A stretch of 64,000 bases of DNA from a virus. The translations under genes were made by a program, and so were the position numbers. The DNA lies in IMG/VR virus record IMGVR_UViG_3300034141_000082; one strand, 5' to 3'. Positions 43,517-53,100 of the stretch are shown piece by piece. Each line of letters starts with the position of its first letter. The stretch's first letter is position 1. The notes beneath the pieces are model-generated. The model had not been told where the DNA came from. It searched no databases and was given only the letters and a program-made list of their open reading frames with translations.

Positions 43517-44305
43517 GTGACGATCACCCAGTACAACGCGACAGCGGCTGCTGCCAGCGGCAAGACCCTGAAGACCCAAGAGTTCCTGTCAAATGGCACA
43601 TGGGTCTGCCCCACTGGCGTGCTCGCCGTGGACGTGTTCCTCGTCGCCGGCGGTGGCGCCAGCGGCGGCCTCAGCAACGCCGCCACCGGTAACGCTTCTG
43701 GCGGTGGCGGCGGCGGTCAGGTCATCAAGCGCACGATCACGGTTGTCCCCGGCACCTCTTACGCCGTCACGATCGGCTCTGGCGGCTCGGGCGTCACGGG
43801 CAACGTCGGCGGAAACGGCAACGACTCCAGCTTCGGGGCACTGCTCACAGCGATCGGCGGAGGCGGCGGCGGTCTGAACGGCTTCGCCGGTGTCGACGGC
43901 GGCAACGGTGGCGGCGGCGGCGGGTCAAGCGGCACCGGGTCGTCGGTCGCTGGAGGCGGCGGTGGCGCCGGCGGTCACGGTGGAACCCCGGTTATCTTCT
44001 CGGCCCCCAACAGCACCATGTTCCGAGGCGGCAAGACGACGGCTGGCGGCCACGGCGGCGGGGCCGGCTGGCAGTCCCTTTGGGCTCCGGGCGGCTACGG
44101 CGGCATCGGAGTCGATGGCTACGGCGGCGGCGGCTGCGGCGGCGGCATGCAGGTTCAGGGCATGGGCGCGGACGGTGGCGGCAACCAGGCTCAGGCGGGT
44201 ACGGCGAACCGTGGTGGTGGCGGCGGCGGGATTGTCGGGTCCGGCAGCAACCAGGCGGGGACCTCGGGCGGCTCCGGCTACTGCCGCGTCACCTGGGCGG
44301 AGTGA
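43517..44305 (+). CDS. Glycine-rich domain virion protein
   Basis: F.SNGTW.CP.GV..VDVFLVAGGG, GGGGG runs, G.SG...VTW. Confidence 0.8.
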   Translation: MTITQYNATAAAASGKTLKTQEFLSNGTWVCPTGVLAVDVFLVAGGGASGGLSNAATGNASGGGGGGQVIKRTITVVPGTSYAVTIGSGGSGVTGNVGGNGNDSSFGALLTAIGGGGGGLNGFAGVDGGNGGGGGGSSGTGSSVAGGGGGAGGHGGTPVIFSAPNSTMFRGGKTTAGGHGGGAGWQSLWAPGGYGGIGVDGYGGGGCGGGMQVQGMGADGGGNQAQAGTANRGGGGGGIVGSGSNQAGTSGGSGYCRVTWAE

Positions 44306-44490
44306 TCTCGGTGGCGGGCAAGGAGCCGAAGCCAGTCGAAAAGACAGGCAAGACACCGCCTATTGTTCCGCCCCCGGTGACGACCACCAACGCCTCGACG
44401 TCAGCCTCCGTCAGCACGAGCGCCTCGACGTCGGACACCCCGATGACTAACGCCTCGACCTCCACCTCTGACGCCACCAACAAGAAGTGA
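44302..44490 (+). CDS. Ser/Thr-rich low-complexity peptide
   Basis: GTGA overlap; T(N/S)AST repeated three times. Confidence 0.4.
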   Translation: MISVAGKEPKPVEKTGKTPPIVPPPVTTTNASTSASVSTSASTSDTPMTNASTSTSDATNKK

Positions 44491-44554
44491 GCTTGCCCGA
44501 CCAGATGCGCTGACGACGGGGGCCGGCGGGGGCCGGCCGCCCGACAATTCAAGC

Positions 44555-45631
44555 ATGAGAATTCACGTCGTCTCCCTGCCGCACACCCAGGTCTCCCGCG
44601 AATTTGAGTGGTGCGCGTACACCGCGAAATGTAGGCGGCTCGCGAAGATGATGGCGCTCCAGCAGATCCCCATGTTCCTGTACGCGGGCGAGCTCACCGA
44701 CGCCGAGACGAAGGCCAACCTCGCCGAGGACATCTGCATCGTGGGCCCGGAGGACCGCCTGAAATGGTACGGCTCCGAGCAGTGGTCCGAAGATCAGATC
44801 TTCCACCACTGGGACCGGACGCACGACTCCTGGACGCGGATGAACCACACCGCGGTGGACGAGATCGCGTCCCGCTGGCAGGACGGCGACATCCTCGGCG
44901 TCATCGCCGGCGTCTGCCAGGAGCAGATCGCCACCGAGCTGGCCGAGCGCGGCATCAACGCCCCGGTCGTCGAGTGGGGGATCGGCTACACCGGCGTGTT
45001 CGCGCCCTACCGGGTTTTCGAGAGCCATGCCCACCGGCACCACGTCGCCGGCCTTCAGCGCGACGACGACTTCCGCCCGCTGGACACGGTGATCCCCAAC
45101 GCCTTCGACGTCGCCGACTTCATCTACCGGCCGACCCTGGGCCCGGTGGCCGACACCAGCTACCTGCTCTACCTCGGCCGCATGATCGAGCGGAAGGGCC
45201 TGGACACCGTGGCCCACTTCGCCGACCTGGGTCGCCACCTCGTTTTCACCGCCGGCCAGGGCGACATCCGGGTCGCGAACGCCGTCCACTGCGGCGTGGT
45301 GCGGGGCAAGGCCAAGGCCCGGCTCATCGCCGGCGCGCAGGCCGTGCTCGTCCCCACCCGCTACGCCGAGCCGTTCGGCGGGGTGGCCGTCGAGGCGATG
45401 ATGAGTGGAGTGCCCGCGGTCACGACGAACTGGGGCGCGTTCACCGAGACCATCCCCGCCGAGTACCGCGCTTCCACGCCCTACGAGTTCGAGCAGGCAG
45501 TCGACCGGGCGGCCATCGAGGACCGTCACAATTTCCAGCAGCGCGCCTGGGCCCGCTTCTCACTGGAGCCGGTGTCGAAGATGTACGCCGAATACTTCGA
45601 GAAGGTCTTGACCCACCACCGCTCCCGCTGA
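44555..45631 (+). CDS. GT-B (family 4-like) glycosyltransferase
   Basis: YLGRMIERKG, P..Y.EPFGGVAVEAMMSGVP..T.WGAFTE. Confidence 0.9.
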   Translation: MRIHVVSLPHTQVSREFEWCAYTAKCRRLAKMMALQQIPMFLYAGELTDAETKANLAEDICIVGPEDRLKWYGSEQWSEDQIFHHWDRTHDSWTRMNHTAVDEIASRWQDGDILGVIAGVCQEQIATELAERGINAPVVEWGIGYTGVFAPYRVFESHAHRHHVAGLQRDDDFRPLDTVIPNAFDVADFIYRPTLGPVADTSYLLYLGRMIERKGLDTVAHFADLGRHLVFTAGQGDIRVANAVHCGVVRGKAKARLIAGAQAVLVPTRYAEPFGGVAVEAMMSGVPAVTTNWGAFTETIPAEYRASTPYEFEQAVDRAAIEDRHNFQQRAWARFSLEPVSKMYAEYFEKVLTHHRSR

Positions 45632-45666
45632 TTGCGGCATAAATTCAGCGGCCTCATTCTAAGAAT

Positions 45667-45852
45667 ATGAGCTGCAACCACTGTGCCGACGAGCACCTCG
45701 CGCCCGACGACGACTGCCCGTTGGCCGAGGTAGCAGACGACCTGGACGACGACGGTTTCGCCGACGCCGCCCCCAATTCCGACGACTGGGACCTGGCCGG
45801 CGTGCCGCTCCCGGACGAGACCGCTGACGAGGACGAGGAGGACACGCCGTGA
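45667..45852 (+). CDS. Acidic hypothetical peptide
   Basis: Overlap-coupled to the endolysin. Confidence 0.5.
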   Translation: MSCNHCADEHLAPDDDCPLAEVADDLDDDGFADAAPNSDDWDLAGVPLPDETADEDEEDTP

Positions 45853-46691
45853 CGGCTCGCACCGGCACCGCCGCCCGCCTCCTGGAAGTGCTCGCCCCGG
45901 AGGTCGGCTACCGCGAGGGAACCGGGAACCGGAACAAGTATGCGGCCATCGCCGGCCACGCCAACGGATTCGCCTGGTGCGCCACGTTCGTCTGCGCCAC
46001 CGCGAAGATGGCCGGCGTCACCGGCGTCCCGAACTCGGCCTGGACCCCGTACCAGGAGTCGCAGTACAAGGCCAACGGCCGCCTGCACACCACGCCCATC
46101 GTGGGCGCCCAGTTCTTCGTGTATTTCGTCGGTGAGGGTCGCGTCGCCCACACCGGATGGGTCACCGGCATCGCCGCCGGCGGTCGCAGCGTCTACACGG
46201 TCGAGGGCAACAGCAACGACAACGGCTCCCGCGAGGGCATCGAGGTCGTGCGCCGGGTCCGCCCGGTGCTGCGCGCCAGCGGCTCCAGCGGCATCCGCTC
46301 CTACGGCTACCCGACCTTCGTCCGGCCGCCGACCTCGACCACGACGACCGCGCCGGCCAAGCCGGTCGCGTTCTCGGTCCGGGCCCTGCGCAACGCCCTG
46401 TTCGTCCGGCCGCGGTCGGACGTCTGGGACGCCACGCTGACCAAGGGCTCGGGCATCGTTCGCCGCGCCGGCCAGCACGGCGTCACGCGCAGCTGGACCG
46501 ACACCGACGTCCGCTACCTCCAGGGCCGGGTCGGCACCGAGATCGACGGCGACTGGGGCAGCGACAGCGCCACCGCGCTGAGTCGTGCGATCAAGCGCGT
46601 GCAGGTCGTCCTGGGCGTGGCTCCCGACGGCCGGTGGGGCCCCCTCACCGACGCCGCCTACTTGCGGGCGAAATCCCGTCACGCGAAATGA
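45849..46691 (+). CDS. Endolysin, CHAP domain + peptidoglycan-binding tail
   Basis: EVGYREG..NKY..WCATFV, AHTGWV, TVEGNS; DGDWG/DGRWGP repeats. Confidence 0.88.
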   Translation: MTARTGTAARLLEVLAPEVGYREGTGNRNKYAAIAGHANGFAWCATFVCATAKMAGVTGVPNSAWTPYQESQYKANGRLHTTPIVGAQFFVYFVGEGRVAHTGWVTGIAAGGRSVYTVEGNSNDNGSREGIEVVRRVRPVLRASGSSGIRSYGYPTFVRPPTSTTTTAPAKPVAFSVRALRNALFVRPRSDVWDATLTKGSGIVRRAGQHGVTRSWTDTDVRYLQGRVGTEIDGDWGSDSATALSRAIKRVQVVLGVAPDGRWGPLTDAAYLRAKSRHAK

Positions 46692-46740
46692 CCCGGCTGT
46701 CGGCGCCGACCGCCGGGCACCACAAGGAAAGGGGCCAGAA

Positions 46741-46971
46741 ATGACCAACCCGCGACCGAAGAAGTCCGATTACACCGTCAACGAGGACGGGGGCGTCGTG
46801 TTCACCGGCGACCCCGACAACTACTCGGAAACCTTCGCTGCCTCCCTGGTGGAGGGCCTGGAGCTCGGCTCCCAGCCCGCCCCCACGGGTGACCCGAAGA
46901 AGGTCACCAAGGAGACCGCGGCTCGCACCACCCCGAAGAGCAACCCGAACATCGAGATGGGAGCAGTCTGA
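46741..46971 (+). CDS. Hypothetical protein
   Basis: AAGGA/GGGG RBS; TGATG coupling. Confidence 0.55.
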   Translation: MTNPRPKKSDYTVNEDGGVVFTGDPDNYSETFAASLVEGLELGSQPAPTGDPKKVTKETAARTTPKSNPNIEMGAV

Positions 46972-47186
46972 TGGCAGTCGAGGACAGGGACTACGCAGCG
47001 ATGGCCGCGGTGCAGGGCGACAGCGACACGCCCGTCACCGCCGACAAGCTCGCCGACGCCCAGAAGGTCGAGCAGCCCAAGGAGGGCGACGGCGGCCTCC
47101 AGGACTCCGAGGACGAGAAGGACGAGACCACGGTCACGCCCGAGCAGCCCGTGCGGCGCGGCCCCGGCCGTCCCCCGCGCAGCTGA
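46971..47186 (+). CDS. Hypothetical protein (ends in RRGPGRPPRS, AT-hook-like)
   Basis: TGATG coupling. Confidence 0.55.
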   Translation: MAVEDRDYAAMAAVQGDSDTPVTADKLADAQKVEQPKEGDGGLQDSEDEKDETTVTPEQPVRRGPGRPPRS

Positions 47187-47201
47187 TCTCACCTCCTGAA
47201 C

Positions 47202-47241
47202 GAGGCGCCGCCGGCCGGACGATCCCGGTCGGCGGCGTCTT
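47202..47241 (+). terminator. Probable terminator
   Basis: GAGGCGCCGCCGGCCGG/CCGGTCGGCGGCGTCTT stem. Confidence 0.6.
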
Positions 47242-47271
47242 CCCATCCCAGACCAATCTTGGAGACCCGCG

Positions 47272-47826
47272 ATGCTGACCGACAGCCGAATCCAGCAGGC
47301 CGTGCACTGGGGCGACCTGGAGATCAGCGGGTTCAACGACAGTCAGCTCCAGCCGGCCAGCTACGACATCCGGCTCCACGACGAGGCGCTTCAGCTCAGG
47401 CCCGGCCTGCCGCTGGACCCCCGCGAGAACGCCGAGCCGGAGTTCGAGCGGGTTCTGATCCCCGAGAGCGGCGCCGTCCTGCGCGGTCGCGGCTTCCTGC
47501 TCTGCTCCACCGCGGAGCGGGTCCGGGTCGGCCCCGGCTTCGTAGGGCAAGTAGAGGGGAAGTCGTCCCTCGGCCGCCTCGGCCTGATGGTCCACGCGAC
47601 CGCCGGCTACATCGACCCGGGGTTCGACGGTCAGATCACGCTGGAGCTCAGCTGCGTGCACGACCGCGGCGTGAAGATCTACCCGGGGATGCGGATCGGA
47701 CAGCTCGCCTTCCGGTACTGCGGTTCGGGGGACCGCCTGTACGAGGGCAAGTACCAGGGCCAGGAGGGCCCCACGGCCTCCCGCTACCACCAGAACTGGG
47801 ACGCCCTGCTGGAGCAGTGGCGATGA
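47272..47826 (+). CDS. dcd: dCTP deaminase
   Basis: LQPASYDIRL, EGKSSLGRLGL..HATAG.IDPGF.GQITLE, YPGMRIGQL, KYQGQ.GPT.SR. Confidence 0.95.
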   Translation: MLTDSRIQQAVHWGDLEISGFNDSQLQPASYDIRLHDEALQLRPGLPLDPRENAEPEFERVLIPESGAVLRGRGFLLCSTAERVRVGPGFVGQVEGKSSLGRLGLMVHATAGYIDPGFDGQITLELSCVHDRGVKIYPGMRIGQLAFRYCGSGDRLYEGKYQGQEGPTASRYHQNWDALLEQWR

Positions 47827-48515
47827 GCGGCGACTTCGACCTCGACCTCGACTTCGACGACGGCCCCGCGGACCCGCTGAGCCACGTCGAGGAGGGCGCC
47901 CCGCCGCTGACCGTCATGACGGTCGCCGGGTTCGAGCTGCCCGTCCTGGAGCCGGCCGAGAAGCGCTTCTACGAGACCATGCGGGACAAGTACACGACCG
48001 AGTACGTGATGACCGACCCGTCGGACATCGCCGACCTGGACGCCGTCCTGACGTACGAGCTGATGGTCTACCGGCTGTCGACCCAGCTGGGCCGCGGCTA
48101 CGACGCGAACCGATTTCCGCTCAGCCCCAAGGACATGGCCCAGCTCCAGCGCACGCTGAAGGAGGCCAGCGAGCACCTCGCGAAGCTGAAGGACGCCCTG
48201 GGCGTCTCGAAGTCCGCCCGGGACCGCGCCGCCGGCGAGGACACGGCCACCTACCTGACCGGCCTGCTGAAGCGGGCCAAGGAGTTCGGCGTCCACCGCA
48301 ACAGTCAGACGCTGGAATCCATAGCGCTCGCGCACGAGATCGGGTCCGTCGTCGGCACGTACCTGCGCAGCAACGAACTGGAGCGGTCGAAGACCAACTT
48401 CCGCACGGCCGAGGACATCCTCGCCTGGATCAACGAGACGGTGTACCCGCGGTTCACCAAGCTGGACGAGGACTTCCGGGCGAACCAGCAGTCGCAGTGG
48501 GTCGGTGAATTGTGA
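47823..48515 (+). CDS. Probable terminase small subunit
   Basis: Helical ORF overlap-coupled directly upstream of the large terminase. Confidence 0.55.
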   Translation: MSGDFDLDLDFDDGPADPLSHVEEGAPPLTVMTVAGFELPVLEPAEKRFYETMRDKYTTEYVMTDPSDIADLDAVLTYELMVYRLSTQLGRGYDANRFPLSPKDMAQLQRTLKEASEHLAKLKDALGVSKSARDRAAGEDTATYLTGLLKRAKEFGVHRNSQTLESIALAHEIGSVVGTYLRSNELERSKTNFRTAEDILAWINETVYPRFTKLDEDFRANQQSQWVGEL

Positions 48516-50071
48516 CCGCCTACCGCCGGCTCACCGAGGAGGAGGCCCACCTCGTCTGCCTGCTCCAGGACGACAGCGGCATCGACCTGATGGAGTTCGC
48601 CTACCGGGCCGAGGCGTCACCGGACAACTGCTACCGGCTGAGGAATTACCAGTGGTACTGGTGGTGGTCGCCGGACAAGTACAAAATGAGCGCCTGCGCG
48701 CGTGACGTCGGCAAGACGGAGAACCTGATCGCTGAGGCGTGCGCCTTCCCCTACGCGCACCCCGGGTACGATTTCTTCCTCACCGCGCCGACGAGCGACC
48801 ACCTGCGCCCGCTGGTCGACAAGATCGAGGAGCGGGTGCTGTCGATCCGCATCCTGCGCGAGCTGCTCCAGTCCCGGAACGGCAAGAACGGCATCAGCCG
48901 CATCCCCAGCTTCCAGGCCCTGTTCACCAACGGCGCCAAGATCATCACCCGGCTGCCGAAGTCCGACGGCCAGGGCGTGAAGGGCCAGCACGCGCTGAAG
49001 GTCCGGGTCGACGAGGGCCAGGACTTCCCCGAGCCCGCCTGGAACGAGCTGTTCCCGACCCTGCGATCGGACCTGCCCGGTTCGAGCATGAGCATCTTCG
49101 GCGTCACCGCCGGCCTGGCGAACCGCTTCGACGAGTTCGCGTCCGACCCCGACACCATGTTCACGGTCTTCCGCAAGATCGGCCCCGAGCGACCGACGTG
49201 GGGCGACGAAGAGCGCATCGCCGCCATCAAGAAATACAAGGGCGAGACGAGCATCGACTACGGCCGGAACATCTTCGGCCTCAGCCTCGGCGTGCACTCG
49301 AACTGGTACGTCACCGCCCGCCTCATGGCGTGCGTGCGGGTCGAGGAGACCCCCTGGGCGATCCAGTACAACCGCGACGTCTACCAGCACATCGAGATCG
49401 ACAGCGAGGCCCTGCGCGGCACCGGGCGGACGGCGGCCGGAGAGGTCCACATCCCCGCGTCGCACCTGGAGCCCGACTACGCCTCCTACTGGGCCGGCTA
49501 CGACGTCGGTCTGACGAAGGACCCCTCCGAGATCCTGGTCTTCGGCCAGTACGACCGCCCCGGCCTGCCGTCCGGCTTCCGCCTTCTGACTCGCGTGAGC
49601 ATGAAACGCATCTCGGCCGGCGAGCAGATCGAGGTCGTGAAGCGCCTGTGCACCAGCTACGGCAACCGCCTGCGCCGCATGGCGATGGACGGCACCGGCC
49701 TGGGCCTGCCCGTGGCGCAGATGCTGCTCACCATCCCCGAGACCCGCGACGTCGTCCGCGGCTACGGCTTCAGCGAGAAGATCACCGTCGGCTGGGAGGA
49801 CCGCAAGCTCGCCCCGCGGGAAAAGCCCGAGGCCCTCGAAATCAAGAAGAAGTCGCCCGAGCACGGCCTCGACGTCATGCGCGAGCTCATCGACGAAGGC
49901 CGCCTGGAACTGCCGATGGACGTGCCGCTGCTCACCGAATGGCAGGGCGTCGGCGAGGACCACACCCTGCACGCCGGGTGGATGTTCGGCGTCGCTGTCC
50001 GCCAGCACGAGATCGACGGCAAGAAGGAATTGTTCGCGGCCCGGCCTCCGATCATTCCCGCTATCGGCTGA
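48512..50071 (+). CDS. Terminase large subunit
   Basis: ARDVGKT Walker A, VDEGQD Walker B, AGYDVG and MDGTG RNase H motifs. Confidence 0.9.
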   Translation: MTAYRRLTEEEAHLVCLLQDDSGIDLMEFAYRAEASPDNCYRLRNYQWYWWWSPDKYKMSACARDVGKTENLIAEACAFPYAHPGYDFFLTAPTSDHLRPLVDKIEERVLSIRILRELLQSRNGKNGISRIPSFQALFTNGAKIITRLPKSDGQGVKGQHALKVRVDEGQDFPEPAWNELFPTLRSDLPGSSMSIFGVTAGLANRFDEFASDPDTMFTVFRKIGPERPTWGDEERIAAIKKYKGETSIDYGRNIFGLSLGVHSNWYVTARLMACVRVEETPWAIQYNRDVYQHIEIDSEALRGTGRTAAGEVHIPASHLEPDYASYWAGYDVGLTKDPSEILVFGQYDRPGLPSGFRLLTRVSMKRISAGEQIEVVKRLCTSYGNRLRRMAMDGTGLGLPVAQMLLTIPETRDVVRGYGFSEKITVGWEDRKLAPREKPEALEIKKKSPEHGLDVMRELIDEGRLELPMDVPLLTEWQGVGEDHTLHAGWMFGVAVRQHEIDGKKELFAARPPIIPAIG

Positions 50072-50145
50072 CGCTGGGGGCGAAACAATTTATGTCCCCC
50101 TACTCTGGCTAAGAAGGCCACAAGGCGAGGTAGCGGAGGCACAGC

Positions 50146-51687
50146 GTGGCGGTAGAGACAGTCAACGAGACCGGCCTCGCACTCCCGAATTCGGTGCTGC
50201 GAGAGACCGCGTCGCACGTCATGCGCGCGATGGACGAATGGCGCCCGGTCGACCGCAACGGCTCGATGTCGATGTTCACCCGCGGCACCTTCCACCAGCC
50301 GCGCACCGCCCTTCAGGCGATCCACGCGGCCCGGAACGCGATGCACGACGACGTCGTCGGCAACGCGCTGGAGCTGCTGGAGGGCATCAGCCTCGACACG
50401 GTCTCCTGGGAGTCTTCCGACCAGGAGGTAGCCGCCGCCTGGAACCGCTCGGCGGCCGAGATCGACCTCGACTGGTTCGTCCGCGCCGCGCTGCGCGAGC
50501 TCAACACCCTCGGCCGGATGACCGTGGCGACCTGGTGGGGCACCACCGAGGCCCGCCCGGCCGGCACCGGCCCCGCCGGAAAGCGCGCCCGCCGTCGCGT
50601 CTCGCGGGTCATGCCGCAGCGCCTGGTCATCCTGCCGGCGGAGAAGGTCTTTCGCATCGCGTCGTTCTGGGGCGTCGACAAGCTGCTCTGGCTCGCCACC
50701 CAGGAGGAGCACGACGCGCTCGTCGCCGGCCTGGATCCCACCAGCGACCGCCTGATCCTGGGCTCGTACCCGGTACCGGTCGACCTCAACGCCGACATCA
50801 TCGCCCTCGGCGGCGACCCCGAGCGCTGCTGGCTGCTGGACCCCCGCTCGGTGTGGCAGTACCGCCTGCCGGGCGAGGACTACGGCACCGGCACCGCCAC
50901 CCCGATGGCGCGCGTGCTGCCCTGGCTGGAGCAGAAGGCGCGCCTCATGGACGCCGACCGCGCCTCCCTGATCGGCGCCGCCAACTTCGTGCTCGTCTTC
51001 AAGATCGGCACCGACCTGGCGCCCGGTCAGCAGGAGGAGATCACGGCCTACCGCGAGGGCATGACCAAGATCGCGAAGATGCCCGTCATCGTCGGCGACC
51101 ACCGGCTCAACGTCGAGATCCTGGCGCCCGACACCGCCGCGGTGCTGAACGCCGACAAGCACGCCGTGGTCAACAACCGGATCGCGGCCACTGTGCTGGG
51201 GCTGCCCGACGACGACATGCTGCCCGGCAGCGGCCGGCTCGACCCCGAGGTCGCCGCCCGGATGATGGTCGCCCGCGCCAAGTCGCGCCGGCGGATGCTC
51301 CAGCGGGCGCTGGAGGCCAACCTGGGCCGCGTCGGCTCGAAGCTCAACGGCGACGAGTTCCTGGAGAAGGTCCCCTCGCTGGCCTTCACCCCGCGCGAGA
51401 TCCCCCTCGTGGGCGTCACCGCGGCGATGAACGCCGTGCTCGCCGCCCGCCAGCGCAACGACCTGTCCCGCCAGTCCTACCTGGAGGGCCTGGGCTACGA
51501 CCAGGACGTCGAGCGGGTCCGCCGCGAGCGCGAGGCCGACGAGGGCTTCGACGACACTTTCCAGACCCACGAGCCCTTCGACTCGCCGGGGGGCGGGAAC
51601 ACGAACAACAACGGGGGCGACACGAACGGAGGCGGCAGGCCGCTTGGAGCGAAGTCGACGGACACCGGCGAAGGGAACAAGTCGTGA
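50146..51687 (+). CDS. Portal protein
   Basis: 513 aa, position after TerL, helical composition. Confidence 0.75.
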   Translation: MAVETVNETGLALPNSVLRETASHVMRAMDEWRPVDRNGSMSMFTRGTFHQPRTALQAIHAARNAMHDDVVGNALELLEGISLDTVSWESSDQEVAAAWNRSAAEIDLDWFVRAALRELNTLGRMTVATWWGTTEARPAGTGPAGKRARRRVSRVMPQRLVILPAEKVFRIASFWGVDKLLWLATQEEHDALVAGLDPTSDRLILGSYPVPVDLNADIIALGGDPERCWLLDPRSVWQYRLPGEDYGTGTATPMARVLPWLEQKARLMDADRASLIGAANFVLVFKIGTDLAPGQQEEITAYREGMTKIAKMPVIVGDHRLNVEILAPDTAAVLNADKHAVVNNRIAATVLGLPDDDMLPGSGRLDPEVAARMMVARAKSRRRMLQRALEANLGRVGSKLNGDEFLEKVPSLAFTPREIPLVGVTAAMNAVLAARQRNDLSRQSYLEGLGYDQDVERVRREREADEGFDDTFQTHEPFDSPGGGNTNNNGGDTNGGGRPLGAKSTDTGEGNKS

Positions 51688-52436
51688 GCACCGAACACGA
51701 GCTACACCAGCGACGCTCGGAGATCCTGGCCCGGATGCGGGCCGACCGGGCGACCGCGGCCCTGCTGGAGTCCCTGACCCCGCCGCCGGCCGCCCTGCCG
51801 GTCGTCGAGCAGGAGCAGAGCCTGTTCCACACGACCGTGATGCCCGCCTCGCCGCTCAGCTCCGACGATGGGGAGCCATCGACAACCCCTGGCGGAACCC
51901 CCGCGACGGAGACTGCTCGATCTGCGACTGCTCCGACACAGCGCGCACTAAGCGTTGGTTTTGCCGGGAGGCTGGTGAGGGCTGACGAGGTCAACCTCAA
52001 CGGCGCATATTTCTCCCGCGAAGACCTGGACTTCGGTCTGGCGTCGCTGATGATGGCGCCGGCGACGTACAACCACGTCGGCGACGGGGCGATCGGGTAC
52101 ATCACCGAGGCGAAGACGATGGAGACGGCCGACCACGGCTACCACATCGACATCCGCGGCCGGCTCTGGACGGCGCGCTTTCCCTTCGTGGCCGACTCGC
52201 TGGAGACGACGATGGCCGCGGGTCAGGCCGCTCTGTCGATGGAGTGCGTCGCGTCCGCGGTGGGCTGCATGACCGAAGGCTGCATGACCGTCGCGACCGA
52301 GTTCGAGGAAGCCTGCGAGCACATCGCACAGCGCACCGGGCCGCGGCGAATGATTCGGCCGACGTTCTACGGGGCCGCGCTCATCCTCGACGGCATCAAG
52401 CCGGGATGGCCCGGGGCAAGTCTCGCGCGCGACTAA
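51684..52436 (+). CDS. Capsid maturation protease-like protein
   Basis: N.NG..F..EDL, NH...IG, GRLW..F, SMEC, F.GAALI; lies between portal and scaffold. Confidence 0.7.
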   Translation: MSTEHELHQRRSEILARMRADRATAALLESLTPPPAALPVVEQEQSLFHTTVMPASPLSSDDGEPSTTPGGTPATETARSATAPTQRALSVGFAGRLVRADEVNLNGAYFSREDLDFGLASLMMAPATYNHVGDGAIGYITEAKTMETADHGYHIDIRGRLWTARFPFVADSLETTMAAGQAALSMECVASAVGCMTEGCMTVATEFEEACEHIAQRTGPRRMIRPTFYGAALILDGIKPGWPGASLARD

Positions 52437-52450
52437 CCGACTCCGGGCGG

Positions 52451-52483
52451 TTGCAGGGTAATTTTCACCCACTTACCCTGCAA
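52451..52483. promoter_or_regulatory. Perfect 11-bp inverted repeat upstream of the scaffold gene
   Basis: TTGCAGGGTAA-N11-TTACCCTGCAA. Confidence 0.6.
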
Positions 52484-52538
52484 TAGAAGGCGCCAATAAA
52501 GCGCTCTCTCAGAATTTCCCGCCCGAGGAGGAAGAATA

Positions 52539-53075
52539 GTGACTGCCAAGCCGCAGGGCACTCCCCTTCAGCTGGAGATCGCAGACGCCTCGGGCGCCCC
52601 GATCCCCGCTGACGACAAGGTCGCCATCCTGGTCGCCCACCAGGTCGCCGTCGAAACCGCGTCGCTCAACGACGAGGTCAAGACGCTGAAGACCGAGAAC
52701 GCCAGCCTGAAGGACCAGCTCGACGTCGCGGAGGCCGCGAAGGCCGCCGCCGTCAAGGAGTTCGAGGACTACAAGGCCGAGCAGGCCGCCGCCGCCGAGC
52801 GCGCGTCGCTCGTCGAGGCCCGCACCGCCGAGGTCGCCAAGGTCGCCCCCGCCCTGGAGGCCACCGAGGACCGCGTGCAGCGCTGGACCTCGATGGACAA
52901 GGCGTCGTTCGACAACTACCTGGCCGAGCTCGCGGCCGTCGCCGGCACCCCCAGCCAGTCCGCCCCGACCGCGCCGTTCGACGCGACCACGGGCGAGACC
53001 GCGATGAGCAACGTCCGTACCGCATCCACCACCGGGGGCACCAGCGCCACTCGCGCGCTGCTGCTGCCGGCCTGA
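52539..53075 (+). CDS. Scaffolding protein
   Basis: Ala/Glu coiled-coil; GAGGAGG RBS; position. Confidence 0.75.
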   Translation: MTAKPQGTPLQLEIADASGAPIPADDKVAILVAHQVAVETASLNDEVKTLKTENASLKDQLDVAEAAKAAAVKEFEDYKAEQAAAAERASLVEARTAEVAKVAPALEATEDRVQRWTSMDKASFDNYLAELAAVAGTPSQSAPTAPFDATTGETAMSNVRTASTTGGTSATRALLLPA

Positions 53076-53100
53076 AGTCGAACCGAGAGGAGAAAAGACA

